Assembly: GCA_036397955.1 (NCBI GenBank)
Contig: DASWHY010000275.1
Span: 1-55,005 of the forward strand
Length of the DNA stretch: 55,005 bases
DNA from: Thermoanaerobaculia bacterium
GTDB lineage: Bacteria > Acidobacteriota > Thermoanaerobaculia > Multivoradales > UBA5704
Direction: 5' to 3'
Below, piece after piece: positions 15,346-26,100 of this stretch. Under the pieces are notes generated by a model that ran no database searches, was not told the origin of the DNA, and worked only from the letters and a program-made list of their open reading frames with translations. A program made the translations under genes and the position numbers. Within the stretch, counting starts at the first letter, position 1, and every line of letters begins with the position of its first letter.

Positions 15346-18300
15346 TTCCTGCCCTCCGCGCGCCGGCCGCCGAACTTCTTCAGCAGGCGGTCGAGCTTTG
15401 CCTGATCGGTCCTGATCAGGGGGAAATCGCTCGGCACGGCCACCGTCGGCTCGCCGGCGCGGCTCGCGGCGACCAGGGCGCGGAGGTGCTCGAGATGCCT
15501 CTCGGCCAGGCCTTCGATGGTCGAGCGGCGGTGGAGGCTCCGGCTGTAGCGCCAGGTCAGGCGCAGCGCGCCCCCCGCCACAAGAGCGCTGATCTCGAAG
15601 ACGTGGGGACGTTGCCATCGGGGGCTCCGGAGCGCTCCGGGGCTTTCCGCCGCGATCGCGAAGAGCGCCCCGGCCGAGCCGGCGGCGGAGGCTCCGCCGT
15701 CGACCTGGCCGAGGTAGTTGAACATCACCTCTGCCTGCGGCCCGCACGCCAGCTCGCGAGCCACCGCCTCGCCGCACAGATTGTGCAAGAGGCCGTAGCC
15801 CAGGCCGCGCCGGGGAATCGCCCGCAGACGCTCCTTCACCGCGCGCAGGGTCGCCACCGGATCCCGCTTTCCCGGCGGCCCGGCGGCCTCGACCTCCACC
15901 GGGTAGACGGCGGTGAACCAGCCCACGGTGCGCGAGAGGTCGAGGTCGTCGAAGAGCTCCTCTCGGCCGTGGCTCTCGGTATCGACGAGGAGGGAGGGCT
16001 CGCCGGTGAAGGGCTCGAAGGCCAGGACGAGGGCGGTGAGGAGGGCCTCGTCGGCGCGGGCGCGGAACGCCCTCGCCACCTCCTGGAGGAGAGCCCGGGT
16101 GTCCTCGGCGCCGAGGGCGGCGCTCACCTCCTCCACCGCCCCTTCGAGGTTCTCGCTCCCTGGAAGGTCGCGCGGCAGGGGAACGGGCGCGCGCGCGTCC
16201 GGCCGGCGCCAGAAATCGAGCTCTTCCGCGAGCTCCGGCGAGCGGGCGAAGGCCGCGAGACGCTCGGCCCAGGCCCTGAACGAGGTGGTCTTCGGCGGCA
16301 GGGACGGCTCCCGGTCGGCGATCAAGGCCGCGGCGACGCTCCCCAGGTCCTCGACCAGGAGACGCCACGAGACGCCGTCGATCGCCAGGTGATGGACGGT
16401 CAGGAGAAGGCGGTCGGAGGCGCCGCCGCCGAGGCGGAAGAGCACGACGCGCGCGAGCGGCCCGCGGGCGAGGTCGAGGCTCGTCTCGGCCCGCGCGGCC
16501 GCCGCCTCGAGGGCGCCGCGGCGGCGCGGCACGGGCAAGGCTCCGAGGTCGACGTGGTGAAAGGGCGGCGCCGCGGGCACCGGAGCGTTCTCCTGGAGCC
16601 AGATGCCGCCCTCGCGCCGGAAACGCAGGCGGAGGGCGTCGTGGTGGGCCAGGAGAAGCTCGGCCGCGCGGCGGAAGAAGGCGGGCGCCACGGGTCGGCG
16701 CACTTCGAGCATCAGGGCCTGGTTGAAATGGTGGGGCGACGGCGGGACGGCGTCGAGGAGCCATCTCTGGATCGGCGTCAGGGGCACGGGTCCCACGACC
16801 GGCCCCTGCTCCGCGGCCGGCGCCGCGCCGACCCCGGCCACCGCCGCGAGCTCCCCCAGGGTCTGGTACTGGAAGACCTGCTTCGCGGTCACGACGAGGC
16901 CCCTCTGGCGCGCCCGGGCGGCGACGCGGATGCTCAGGATCGAATCGCCGCCGAGCTCGAAGAAGTGACTGTCGCTTCTCACGTCCCCGACCCCGAGGAC
17001 ATCCCGCCAGACCTCCGCCAGGAGGGCCTCGGCACGGCCCCGGGGAGCCGTTCCCGCGCGCTCCCCCGCGAGGGTCGGGGCGTCGAGGCCGGGCAGGGCT
17101 CCACGGTCGACCTTGCCGCCAGCGGTGCGCGGAAGAGCGTCGACGCGCCGCATCAGCGCCGGCACCATCGCCGGCGGCAGGCTCCGGCGCGCGGACTCCC
17201 AGAGCTCCTCGGCCGGCGCTTCTCCCGCCGTCACGATCCAGGCCTCGAGCCGGCGCCCTCCCGTCGGCCCGGGGCACGCCAAGACCACCGCCTCGGTCAC
17301 GCCCGGCAGGGCCGCGAGACCGGCCTCGACGTCGCCCAGCTCCACTCGCACGCCGCGGATCTTGACCTGATGGTCGGTGCGGCCGAGGAACTCGACGCTG
17401 CCGTCGCCCAGGTGACGCGCGAGGTCGCCGGTGAGATAGAGGCGCTCGCCGGGCGCGCCGTCCGAGCGTGGAACGAAACGCTCGGCGGTCCGCCGCGGAT
17501 GGTCGCGGTAGCCCCAGGCCAGGCCCGCCCCCGCGATCGCGAGCTCGCCGGCGGTCCCCGGCGGCACCGGGCGGGCGCGGTCGTCGAAAAGTAGGATCTC
17601 CTTGTTGGCAATCGGCCGGCCGATCGGCACGACGTGGGGGTGGAGCTCGCCGCCGCAGGTCCAGCAGGAGGCGTCGATCGAGGCCTCGGTCGGCCCGTAC
17701 ACGTTGTGCAGGGCCGCGCGGCTCGCGGCGCGGAAGGCGTCGCGCAGGTCGGCCCGGAGGGCCTCGCCGCCGGAGAAGAGATGGCGCAGGTCGCCGAGGG
17801 CGGCGAAGCGCGGGTCGGCAACCAGCTCGCGCAGGAGGGCGGGCGGGAAATCGGCGATCGTCACCCGGTGCCGCGCCATGAGCTCCAGGAGGTGATCCGG
17901 GTCCTGGTGGCCGTCGCCGAGCGGCAGGACGAGGCGGGCGCCACTCGCCAGGGCGCCGAAGACCTGCCACACCGAGGGATCGAAGGTCAGCGGGATGTTC
18001 TGCAGGAAGCGGTCCTCGGGCCGCAGGGCGAAGGCGCGGCCACGCCAGCGGAGGGTGTTCACCGCCCCGCCGTGGGGCACCATCACCCCCCGGGGGCGGC
18101 CGGTGGAACCCGAGGTGAAGAGGACGTAGGCGAGGTCCCCCGGCCCCGTCCGCTCCGGCGGACGCTCCGCCGGGCGCCCGGCCACGCCGGGGTCGTCGAG
18201 ATCCAGGACGAGACGCGGGGCGCGTCCTCTCGGGCCGCGCTCGGCGAAAGCCGGGGACACGACGAGGAGCCCGGCGCCGGAGTCCTCGAGCATTGCCGCG

Positions 18301-21300
18301 AGGCGCTCGGGCGGCGCCGCCGGGTCGAGGGGCACGAAGGCGCCGCCGGCCTCGAGCACGGCCAGGATCGCCGCTTGCGCCGCGGGCGAGCGCTCGACGA
18401 GGAGGGCCACCGGCGTGCCCCGCTCGACGCCGAGGTCGCGCAGGCGCCAGGCCAGCCGGTGGGCGCCGGCCGCGAGCTCGCCGTAGGTGAGCCTCGCTTC
18501 TCCCTGCTCGACGGCCACGGCGTCGGGCGTCCGCTGCGCCCAGGTCTCGAAGAGGTGGTGGAGGCGGGTCTCCGGCCCGGCGAAGCGCTCGGCGGCGTCG
18601 TTCCACTCGATCCGCGCCTGGTGGCGCGCCGCGGGCGTCAGCAGGGGCAGGGCGTCGACCCGCGTCGTCCCGTCGTCCGCCGCCGCTTCCAGGAGGGCGC
18701 GGAGCTGCGTCACGAGGCGGCGGACGGTCGTGGCGTCGAAGAGGTCGGCGGCGTAGTCGGCGAGCAAGTGGAGGCCGCCGGCCTGCTCGCCGGCGGAGAA
18801 GGTGAGGTCGAGCCGGGCCGTGCCCACCTCCGCCTCGAGCCGGCGCATCACGAGGTCGCCGCCCATGGGCGCCGGCGGGCTGACGTTCTGGAGCACCAAG
18901 AGCACCTGGAAAAGAGGGTTGTAGGCGAGGTCCCGCTCGAGGCCCAGGGCGTCCACCAGGTGGTCCAGGGGCAGGTCCTGGCAGGCGTGGGCCTCGAGCA
19001 CGGTAGCCTTGACCCTCGCGAGCAGCTCGCCGAAGCCCGGGGACGGCGAGCCCGGCTCGCCCGCGAGGTCGGCGCGGATCGCCAGAGTGTTGACGAAGAA
19101 GCCGATCAGGTTCTCGATCTCCACCCGGTTGCGGCCCGCGACCGGCGTACCGATCACCAGGTCCCGCTGCCCACTCCGGCGCGCGAGGAGAACTTCGAGC
19201 GCGGCGAGGAGGACCATGAAGAGAGTCGCTCCGGCGCGCCGGGCGAGGTGGCGAAGCCGGTCGAGGAGCGGGCGCGGACAGAGCACGGTCAGACGGCCGC
19301 CGCGGAAGGTCTGGGCCGCCGGCCGTGGCCGGTCGGTGGGGAGCTCCAGCCGCGGCGGCACCCCCGCGAGGCGGCGGCGCCAGACCTCGAGCTGGGGCTC
19401 GAGAAGACCCTCCGCGAGCCAGCGTCTCTGGGCCTGCGCGAAGTCGGCGTACTGGATCGGCAGGGGCGGCAGGGGCGAGGGCAGGCCGTCGTGGGCGGCG
19501 CGGTAGAGCCCGGCCGCCTCGCCGCCCCAGAGCCCCAGGGACCAGGCGTCGGCGACGGCGTGGTGGACGGTCAGGAAGAGGGCGTGGCTGCGGGCCTCGA
19601 GGGCGGCGAGGACGGCCCGGAACAGCGGCGGCCGGGCGAGGTCGAACGGCCGCCGCGCCTCGAGCCGCCCGAGGCGCCGCGTCTCGGCTTCCCGCCTCGC
19701 GGCCGGCACGGCGCGCAGGTCGATCCGCGCCAGGGGAAGATCGAGATGACGGCGGACCGCCGGCCGCGGCATGCCGCCGACGGCGGGATAGGCCGTGCGC
19801 AGGACCTCGTGGCGCGCGACCACGCCGGCGAGGGCGGCCGCGAGGGCGCGGGGATCGAGCCGGCCGTCGAGGCGGACCGCCGACTGGACGTTGTAGACCG
19901 CGCTCCCCGGCTCCAGTTGATCGAAAAACCACAGCCGCTCCTGGGCGAAGGAGAGCACCGGCGCAGCGCCCGGGGGCCGGCCTTCGAGGGGCGGCGCGGC
20001 GCCGCCGCCCGCGCGCGCGAGCTCTTCGACGACCGCCGCCACGCCCGCCGCCGTGGGCCGTTCGAAGAGCTGCCGGAGGGCGAGGTCGACGCCGAACGCC
20101 CGGCGCAGGCGGGAGACCGCCTGCGTGGCGAGGAGGGAATGACCGCCGAGGGCGAAGAAATCCTCGTCGAGGCCGACGGCGTCTCGGCGCAGGACCTCGG
20201 CGAAGACGGCCGCCGCCACCTCCTCGTAAGGCGTGCGCGGCGCTTGGGGCAAAGCCTCCGGGACCGCCGCCGCCCACGCCGGCTCGGGCAGGGCCGGGCG
20301 GTCGACCTTGCCGTTGGCGGTGAGCGGCAGGCGCTCGAGCACGGTGAAGACCGCCGGCACCGCCGCGCCCGGAAGCTCCCGGGCGAGGTGGGCGGCCAGG
20401 TCCGCCGCGGCCGGCGCCTCTCCGGCGGCCGGCACGAGATAGGCCGCCAGGGCGGTCTCGCCGCCGGGACTCCTCCGCGCCACGACCGCCGCCGAGCTCA
20501 CCGCCGGATGCCGCTCGAGGAGCGCCGTCACCTCTGCCGGCTCCACCCGCACGCCGCGGATCTTCACCTGGTCGTCCAGACGCCCGAGGATCTCGAGGAC
20601 TCCGTCGGGGCGCAGGCGCCCGCGGTCGCCGGTACGGTAGAGGAGATCTCCCGCGTCGTGGGGACGGGCCGGGTTGGGGACGAAACGGCGGGCGTTCTCC
20701 TCGGGCGCGTTGCGGTACCCGAGGGAGCGGAAGGGGGTGCGGAGCACGATCTCCCCCACTTCCAACGCGCCACAAAGCCGGCCGCCCGCGGGCGCCGTCA
20801 CCACCGCTTGGGTTTGCGGCAGAGGCCGGCCCACGGGTTGGACCCCTTCCTCTTCGGCTCCCGCCGCCACCCGGTGGCAGCACTTGGCGAGGGTGGTCTC
20901 GGTCGGGCCGTAGAGGTTGACCGCGTCGCCTGCCCAGGAAAACGCCGCGCGAAAGCGCCGTAGTAGGACGCCGCTCAAGGGCTCGCCGGCGAAGAAGATC
21001 GTCCGTAGGCAAGGGAGCGCGATCCCCTCGGGGGCGGCTTCGAGCCAGGCGTGGGCCACCGCCGGAACGGTGTGGAGGAGCGTGATCCTCTCCGCCGCCA
21101 GCCACGGCAGCACGGCGTCGGCGCCGAGGTCCTCAGCCGTCGGGAGATGAAGGGCGGCGCCGTGGGTAAGAGCGAGAAAGACGTCGCGCAGGACGACGTC
21201 GAAGGACAGACCGGTGAGTTGCGCCGCGCGCTCGCCCGGGCCGATCCCGAAGGTCCTCCCCTGCCAGTCGAGGAAATGGCCGAGGCCCCGGTGTTGGCCG

Positions 21301-23183
21301 AGGACAGCCCGCGGCACCGCCGTGGTGCCGGAGGTGAAGAAGAGATAGGCCGGGGCTTCGGGATCCGGGAAAGGCGGCGCCTCGCCCTCCCAGCCGCCCC
21401 GGACCGCCGCCGCGCGGGGGTCGACCGGGACCACCGTCACCCCGAGCCCGGCCGTGAGCTCGGCGGCGTCGCCCTCCCCCACCGTCAGCAGGACCCTGGC
21501 CCGGCCCTCTTCGAGCATGAGCCGCCGCCGCTGCCGGGGCAGCCGCGGGTCGAGGGTGAGGAGGACGCCCGAGCGCAGCGCCGCGAGCATCGCCGCCACG
21601 AGACCGAAGCTCCTGTCGCCGGTGACCGCCACGACCTCCCCCGCCCCGAGGCCGAGCCGGCGGAGCGCCGCGGCGAGGGCGGCACTCCGGCGGTCCAGCT
21701 CGGCGTAGCTCAGCCGGCGCCCGCCCCAGACCAGAGCAGGCGCGTCGGGGAGGCCGGCGGCGCATTCGGCGACGCGCTCGGGGACGCTCTTCGTGGCCGG
21801 CGCGGGCAGGACCGCCGCGAGGTCGGGCAGGACGGCGCCGGATGTCACCAGGGAGAGCTCGTCCACGCGGCGACCGGGACCGGCGAGGAACTGGTCGATC
21901 AGGCCGACGAGCTGGTCGAGGGCGGTGTCGATCGACGCCTCGGAGAAGCGGTCGGCCGCGAATTTGAAGCGCAGGGTGAGGTCCTGGCCCGGCACCGCCT
22001 GGAGGCTCAGGGGATAGTTGACGCGCTCGCGGGAGGCCAGGCCGCGGATGGAGAAGCCAAGGCCGTTGTCGCCGCCCAGGGCGACCTCCATGGGGAAGTT
22101 CTCCACCACCAGGAGGCTCTCGAAGAGGGGCTGGCCGCGGGGGACCTCGCTCCAGCCCTGGATCTCCACGAGCGGCGTGTGCTCGAAGCGCCGGGTTTCG
22201 GCGGCCTCGGCCTGGATCTCGGCCAGCCAGTCCCGGAACGGCCGGTCGCTGGCGAGACGCAGCCGCACCGGAAGAGTGTTGATGAAGAGCCCCACCATCG
22301 ACTCGACCCCCGGCAGCTCCGCCGGCCGGCCGGCGACGGTGGCGCCGAAGACCACGTCGTCCTCGCCGGCGTGGCGCGCGAGAAGAAGGCCCCAGAGCCC
22401 CTGGAGCAGGCTGCTCAGGGTCAGGCCGGCGCGACGCAGGGCCTCGCCGAGGGCGGCGTGCCGCGCCGCCGGCAAGCGGCGCTCGCGCTGCGCGTAGGCG
22501 CCCTCCGGCGCGCCGGTGGCGCGGGCCAGGCCCAATGGCGTGGCGCCGCCGAAGCCGGCCAGCCGCCGCCGCCAGAAGGCTTCGGCGGCGGTCAGGTCCT
22601 GGCGGGCGAGCCAGGCGATGTAATCGCGATAAGGGGGCGCGGGCGCGATCGTCGGCTCCACGCCCTGGCGGCAGGCGCGGTAGGCCCGCAGGACCTCGCC
22701 GAAGATCAATCCCTGGCACCAGCCGTCCACGAGGAGATGGTGGATCGCCCAGGCGAAACGCCAGCGCCGCTCGCCCACGCACACGAGCGTGAAGCGCAGG
22801 AGGGGCGGCTGCGCCAGGTCGAAGCCCCGGGCCCGGTCCTCCTCCAGGAGGCGGCCGAAGCGCTCCTCCTCGGCCGCCGGCTCGAGGCCGCGCCAGTCGA
22901 GCTCCCGCCAGGGCAACCGCACCCGGCGGTAGACGACCTGGAACGGCTTCTCCCGCCGCTGCCAGTCGAAGCCGGTGCGCAGGACGGGGTGGCTCTCGAC
23001 CGTCCGCTCCCAGGCCCGGCGCAACGCCGCGGCGTCGACGTCGCCTTCCAGCACGCACCAGGTCTGGTTGAAGTAGACCCCGGAGCGCGGCGCGTAGAGG
23101 CTGTGGAAGAGCATCCCCTCCTGCATCGGCGAGAGGGGATAGATGTCCTCGATCAGTTGCCGGGCCGCGGCGGCGCCGTTCAT
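15342..23183 (-). CDS. NRPS, modules 8-9: C(DCL-type)-A-T-C(LCL-type)-A-T-E, 2613 aa
   Basis: ATG 23183 overlaps the upstream stop (ATGA). Motifs: IEDIYPLSPMQEGMLFH, AIHHLLVDGW (~22712-22750), LSFDVVLRD, NLYGPTETTLAKC, ANGKVDRPAL (~20295-20330), FFALGGHSLLATQ (~20120-20170), LSFAQERLWFFDQLEP (~19905-19960), HHAVADAWS, AYVLFTSGSTGRPRG, FDPSVWQ, NVYGPTEASIDAS, GGKVDRGAL (~17100-17135), GGDSILSIRV (~16925-16975), and E-domain HHLAIDGVSWRLLVEDL (~16345-16400). Confidence 0.95.
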   Translation of the reverse strand: MNGAAAARQLIEDIYPLSPMQEGMLFHSLYAPRSGVYFNQTWCVLEGDVDAAALRRAWERTVESHPVLRTGFDWQRREKPFQVVYRRVRLPWRELDWRGLEPAAEEERFGRLLEEDRARGFDLAQPPLLRFTLVCVGERRWRFAWAIHHLLVDGWCQGLIFGEVLRAYRACRQGVEPTIAPAPPYRDYIAWLARQDLTAAEAFWRRRLAGFGGATPLGLARATGAPEGAYAQRERRLPAARHAALGEALRRAGLTLSSLLQGLWGLLLARHAGEDDVVFGATVAGRPAELPGVESMVGLFINTLPVRLRLASDRPFRDWLAEIQAEAAETRRFEHTPLVEIQGWSEVPRGQPLFESLLVVENFPMEVALGGDNGLGFSIRGLASRERVNYPLSLQAVPGQDLTLRFKFAADRFSEASIDTALDQLVGLIDQFLAGPGRRVDELSLVTSGAVLPDLAAVLPAPATKSVPERVAECAAGLPDAPALVWGGRRLSYAELDRRSAALAAALRRLGLGAGEVVAVTGDRSFGLVAAMLAALRSGVLLTLDPRLPRQRRRLMLEEGRARVLLTVGEGDAAELTAGLGVTVVPVDPRAAAVRGGWEGEAPPFPDPEAPAYLFFTSGTTAVPRAVLGQHRGLGHFLDWQGRTFGIGPGERAAQLTGLSFDVVLRDVFLALTHGAALHLPTAEDLGADAVLPWLAAERITLLHTVPAVAHAWLEAAPEGIALPCLRTIFFAGEPLSGVLLRRFRAAFSWAGDAVNLYGPTETTLAKCCHRVAAGAEEEGVQPVGRPLPQTQAVVTAPAGGRLCGALEVGEIVLRTPFRSLGYRNAPEENARRFVPNPARPHDAGDLLYRTGDRGRLRPDGVLEILGRLDDQVKIRGVRVEPAEVTALLERHPAVSSAAVVARRSPGGETALAAYLVPAAGEAPAAADLAAHLARELPGAAVPAVFTVLERLPLTANGKVDRPALPEPAWAAAVPEALPQAPRTPYEEVAAAVFAEVLRRDAVGLDEDFFALGGHSLLATQAVSRLRRAFGVDLALRQLFERPTAAGVAAVVEELARAGGGAAPPLEGRPPGAAPVLSFAQERLWFFDQLEPGSAVYNVQSAVRLDGRLDPRALAAALAGVVARHEVLRTAYPAVGGMPRPAVRRHLDLPLARIDLRAVPAARREAETRRLGRLEARRPFDLARPPLFRAVLAALEARSHALFLTVHHAVADAWSLGLWGGEAAGLYRAAHDGLPSPLPPLPIQYADFAQAQRRWLAEGLLEPQLEVWRRRLAGVPPRLELPTDRPRPAAQTFRGGRLTVLCPRPLLDRLRHLARRAGATLFMVLLAALEVLLARRSGQRDLVIGTPVAGRNRVEIENLIGFFVNTLAIRADLAGEPGSPSPGFGELLARVKATVLEAHACQDLPLDHLVDALGLERDLAYNPLFQVLLVLQNVSPPAPMGGDLVMRRLEAEVGTARLDLTFSAGEQAGGLHLLADYAADLFDATTVRRLVTQLRALLEAAADDGTTRVDALPLLTPAARHQARIEWNDAAERFAGPETRLHHLFETWAQRTPDAVAVEQGEARLTYGELAAGAHRLAWRLRDLGVERGTPVALLVERSPAAQAAILAVLEAGGAFVPLDPAAPPERLAAMLEDSGAGLLVVSPAFAERGPRGRAPRLVLDLDDPGVAGRPAERPPERTGPGDLAYVLFTSGSTGRPRGVMVPHGGAVNTLRWRGRAFALRPEDRFLQNIPLTFDPSVWQVFGALASGARLVLPLGDGHQDPDHLLELMARHRVTIADFPPALLRELVADPRFAALGDLRHLFSGGEALRADLRDAFRAASRAALHNVYGPTEASIDASCWTCGGELHPHVVPIGRPIANKEILLFDDRARPVPPGTAGELAIAGAGLAWGYRDHPRRTAERFVPRSDGAPGERLYLTGDLARHLGDGSVEFLGRTDHQVKIRGVRVELGDVEAGLAALPGVTEAVVLACPGPTGGRRLEAWIVTAGEAPAEELWESARRSLPPAMVPALMRRVDALPRTAGGKVDRGALPGLDAPTLAGERAGTAPRGRAEALLAEVWRDVLGVGDVRSDSHFFELGGDSILSIRVAARARQRGLVVTAKQVFQYQTLGELAAVAGVGAAPAAEQGPVVGPVPLTPIQRWLLDAVPPSPHHFNQALMLEVRRPVAPAFFRRAAELLLAHHDALRLRFRREGGIWLQENAPVPAAPPFHHVDLGALPVPRRRGALEAAAARAETSLDLARGPLARVVLFRLGGGASDRLLLTVHHLAIDGVSWRLLVEDLGSVAAALIADREPSLPPKTTSFRAWAERLAAFARSPELAEELDFWRRPDARAPVPLPRDLPGSENLEGAVEEVSAALGAEDTRALLQEVARAFRARADEALLTALVLAFEPFTGEPSLLVDTESHGREELFDDLDLSRTVGWFTAVYPVEVEAAGPPGKRDPVATLRAVKERLRAIPRRGLGYGLLHNLCGEAVARELACGPQAEVMFNYLGQVDGGASAAGSAGALFAIAAESPGALRSPRWQRPHVFEISALVAGGALRLTWRYSRSLHRRSTIEGLAERHLEHLRALVAASRAGEPTVAVPSDFPLIRTDQAKLDRLLKKFGGRRAEGRN

Positions 23184-26100
23184 GGCCCGCCCTCCAGGCT
23201 GCCGGCGAGGTCGCCCGCGAGATCGTCGAGCTCCGCTTGGTCGAAATCCATCAGAGGGAAATCCGACGGCGTGTAACCCCCCGCGCCTTCGGCGTGGCAA
23301 TGCGCCACGAGCTCGCGCAGGGCGTCGACGTAGGCGTCGGCCAGGCGCCCGACACGCTCGCGGCGCAGGGCGGCGGCGTAGGTGAAGGCGAGGCCGAGCC
23401 GGCCGTCGCGGACGCCACCGTTGACCTCCAGGAGGTGAGCCCGCGCCTGGCGCGGGCCGGCGAGGGCTCCCACGCCCTCGCCGGCGGGGCGGAAAATCGA
23501 GCCCTCGGGGAAGGCGCGATCGAGCCGGCCGAGGTAGTTGAAAACGATCTCAGGCCGCCGCGCGACGGGCGGGCCCTCCTCGCGCAGCTCCAACAGGCCC
23601 CAGGTCAGGCCCCGCTCGGGCAGGCGCCGCAGGCGCTCCTTCGTCGCCCGCAGGGTGCCCCCCACGCCGCCGGCGTCGACCTCGAGACGCAGGGGGAAGA
23701 GGGTCGTGAGCCAGCCGACGGTGCGCGAGAGGTCGACCGCCGTGGCGCCGTCGGCGGCGCCCTCTTCGCGGCCGTGGCCCTCGAGCTCGACCCAGAACGC
23801 CGTCTCGCCGGTGAAGCGGCCGAGGGCGAGGGCGAATGCGGCGAGGAGGGCGTCGTTGACCTCGGTGCCGTACGCCCGGGGCGCCTGCGTGAGGAGGGCC
23901 GCGGTGGTCTCGGCGTCGAGCTCGCGCCAGAGCGTCGCCGCGGTGGCGGCGAGAGGGGCGGCGTCCGCCTCGTCGAGGGGAAGCGGCCGCGGGGCGTCGC
24001 CCAGGCTCCGGCGCCAGAGCGCCGCCGCCTCGGCGGACTCCGGCGAGCGGGCGCGCGCGGCCAGAAGCTCGGCCCAGGCCTTGAAAGAGGTGGTCTTCGG
24101 CGGCAGGTCGAGGCGGCCCGAGCGCTCGAGCTGGAGATAGGAGAGCTCGAGGTCCTCCACGAGGATCCTCCACGAGACGCCGTCGACCGCGAGGTGGTGA
24201 ACGATCCACAACAGCCGGTCGTCCTCCGCCTCGCCGCCCGGGTAAAGGAGGAGGCGCGCGAGGGGCCCCTCTCCGAGGTCGAGCGACGCCTGGCACCGCC
24301 CGGCCGCCGCCGCCCGCGCCTCCGCGCGCCGCTCGGCCGGCAGGACCCGGAGGTCGACGACGGCGAAGGGCACGGCGCCGCCGGGCGGGACCGACCACTG
24401 GCGCCAGCCGTCCTCGTCGCGCGCGAAACGCAGCCGCAGGGCGTCGTGGTGCGCGAGCAGCGCCGCCAGGGCCTGCTCGAGGACGCCCGGGTCGAGCCGG
24501 CGGGTGACGGCGAGGGCCAGGGCCTGGTTGAAGTGGTGGGCGTCGGCCGGATCGGCGGCGAGGAAGCGGCGCTGGACCGGCAGGAGGGGCACCGCTCCCA
24601 CCACCGGGCCCTGCTCGGCGGCGGTGCCGCCGGCGGGCTCGGCCGCCGCCGCCACGGCGGCGACCGTCCGGCGCTCGAAGATCTGCTGCGGCGTCACCCG
24701 CAGGCCGCGGCGGAGCGCCCGCGTCACCACCCGGATGCTGAGGATCGAATCACCGCCGAGCCTGAAGAAGTCCTCGTCGATCCCGACCTCCCCGAGCCTC
24801 AGGACCTCGGCCCAGACCTCGGCCAGCACGGCCTCGGCGTGGGTCCGCGGCGCGGCCGCGCCGCGGCGCTCGGGGATCGGCAGGGCGCGGCGCGCCAGGT
24901 CACTACGGTCGACCTTGCCGCTCGCGTTGAGCGGCAGGGCGTCGAGGGCGGCGAACGCCGCCGGCACCATGTGGTCCGGCAGGCGGGCGACGAGGTGCGC
25001 CCGCAGCTCGTCGGCCGCCGGCGGCGGATCGCCTGCGGCGGCCCAGTACGCCACTAGGCGCGTGGTCTCGCCGTCCGCGTGGGCGATCACCGCCGTCTCG
25101 CGCACCCCGGGATGCTCGAGCAGGACGGCCTCGATCTCCCCGAGCTCGATGCGCAGCCCCCGCACCTTCACCTGGTGATCGATCCGTCCGAGGAACTCGA
25201 TCGCGCCGTCGCCGCGGCGCCGGGTGAGGTCCCCCGTGCGGTAGAGCCGGGCGCCGGGGTCCGCCCCCCAGGGATCGGGCACGAAACGCTCGGCGGTGAG
25301 CCCGGAACGGCCGAGATAGCCGCGCGCGACCTGCACGCCGCCGATCAGGAGCTCCGCAGGCACCCCGATCGGCGCGACGCGGAAGCGCCGGTCCACGAGG
25401 TAGACTGCCACGTTGGCCTCGGGCCGGCCGATGGGTACCGCCTCCCCGGGGGAGCAACGCCAGGCGGTGACGTCGATCGCCGCCTCGGTGGGACCGTAGA
25501 GGTTGACGAGGGGGGCGGCGAGGCGCCCGGAGAAGCGCCGGACGAGCTCGCGCGGCAGAGCCTCGCCGCTGGCGATCACGTGGCGCAGGGAAACGCATCG
25601 GGAGGCGGCGTCCTCCTCGACGAAGACCCGCAGCAGCGAGGGCACGAAGTGGACGACACTCACCCTTTCCTCGACGATCCGCCGTGCCAGGTAGTCGGGC
25701 TCGCGGTGGCCGCCGGGACGCGCGATCACCGAACGGGCGCCGACGGCGAGGGGCAGGAAGAGCTCCCAGATCGAGACGTCGAAGGAGTGGGGCGTCTTCT
25801 GCAGGAAGACGTCCCCCGCGCCGAGGGCGAAGGCATCGACCATGGCGCGCAGGCGGCTCACGATCGCGCGATGGCTCACCGCCACCCCTTTCGGCCGGCC
25901 GGTCGAGCCCGAGGTGTAGATCACGTAGGCGGCGTTGGCCGGCGCGGCCCGGCGCGGCGGGCGCTCCGGCGCCCGGCCCTCGGCATCGAGCCGCAGGACC
26001 GGGATCCCGACGTCCGCGAGGCGCTCGGCGAGACCGGCGCGGGCGAGGAGCACCGCGGCCCCGCTGTCCTCCAGCACCAGCTCGAGGCGGCGCCGCGGAT

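Noticed and set aside
11425-21105. ORF-track N-terminal extensions suggesting giant overlapping genes: 11425-21105 (3226 aa), 10037-12700 (887 aa), 5150-6379 (409 aa), 43842-52421 (2859 aa) and 15342-23300.
   Set aside because: The extended parts are Arg/Pro/Gly-rich nonsense that overlaps the real upstream gene in another frame. Recognisable sequence begins at internal starts with RBS-like purine tracts, and these starts coincide with the upstream stop codons (15345, 11428, 5848, 51632, 23183).
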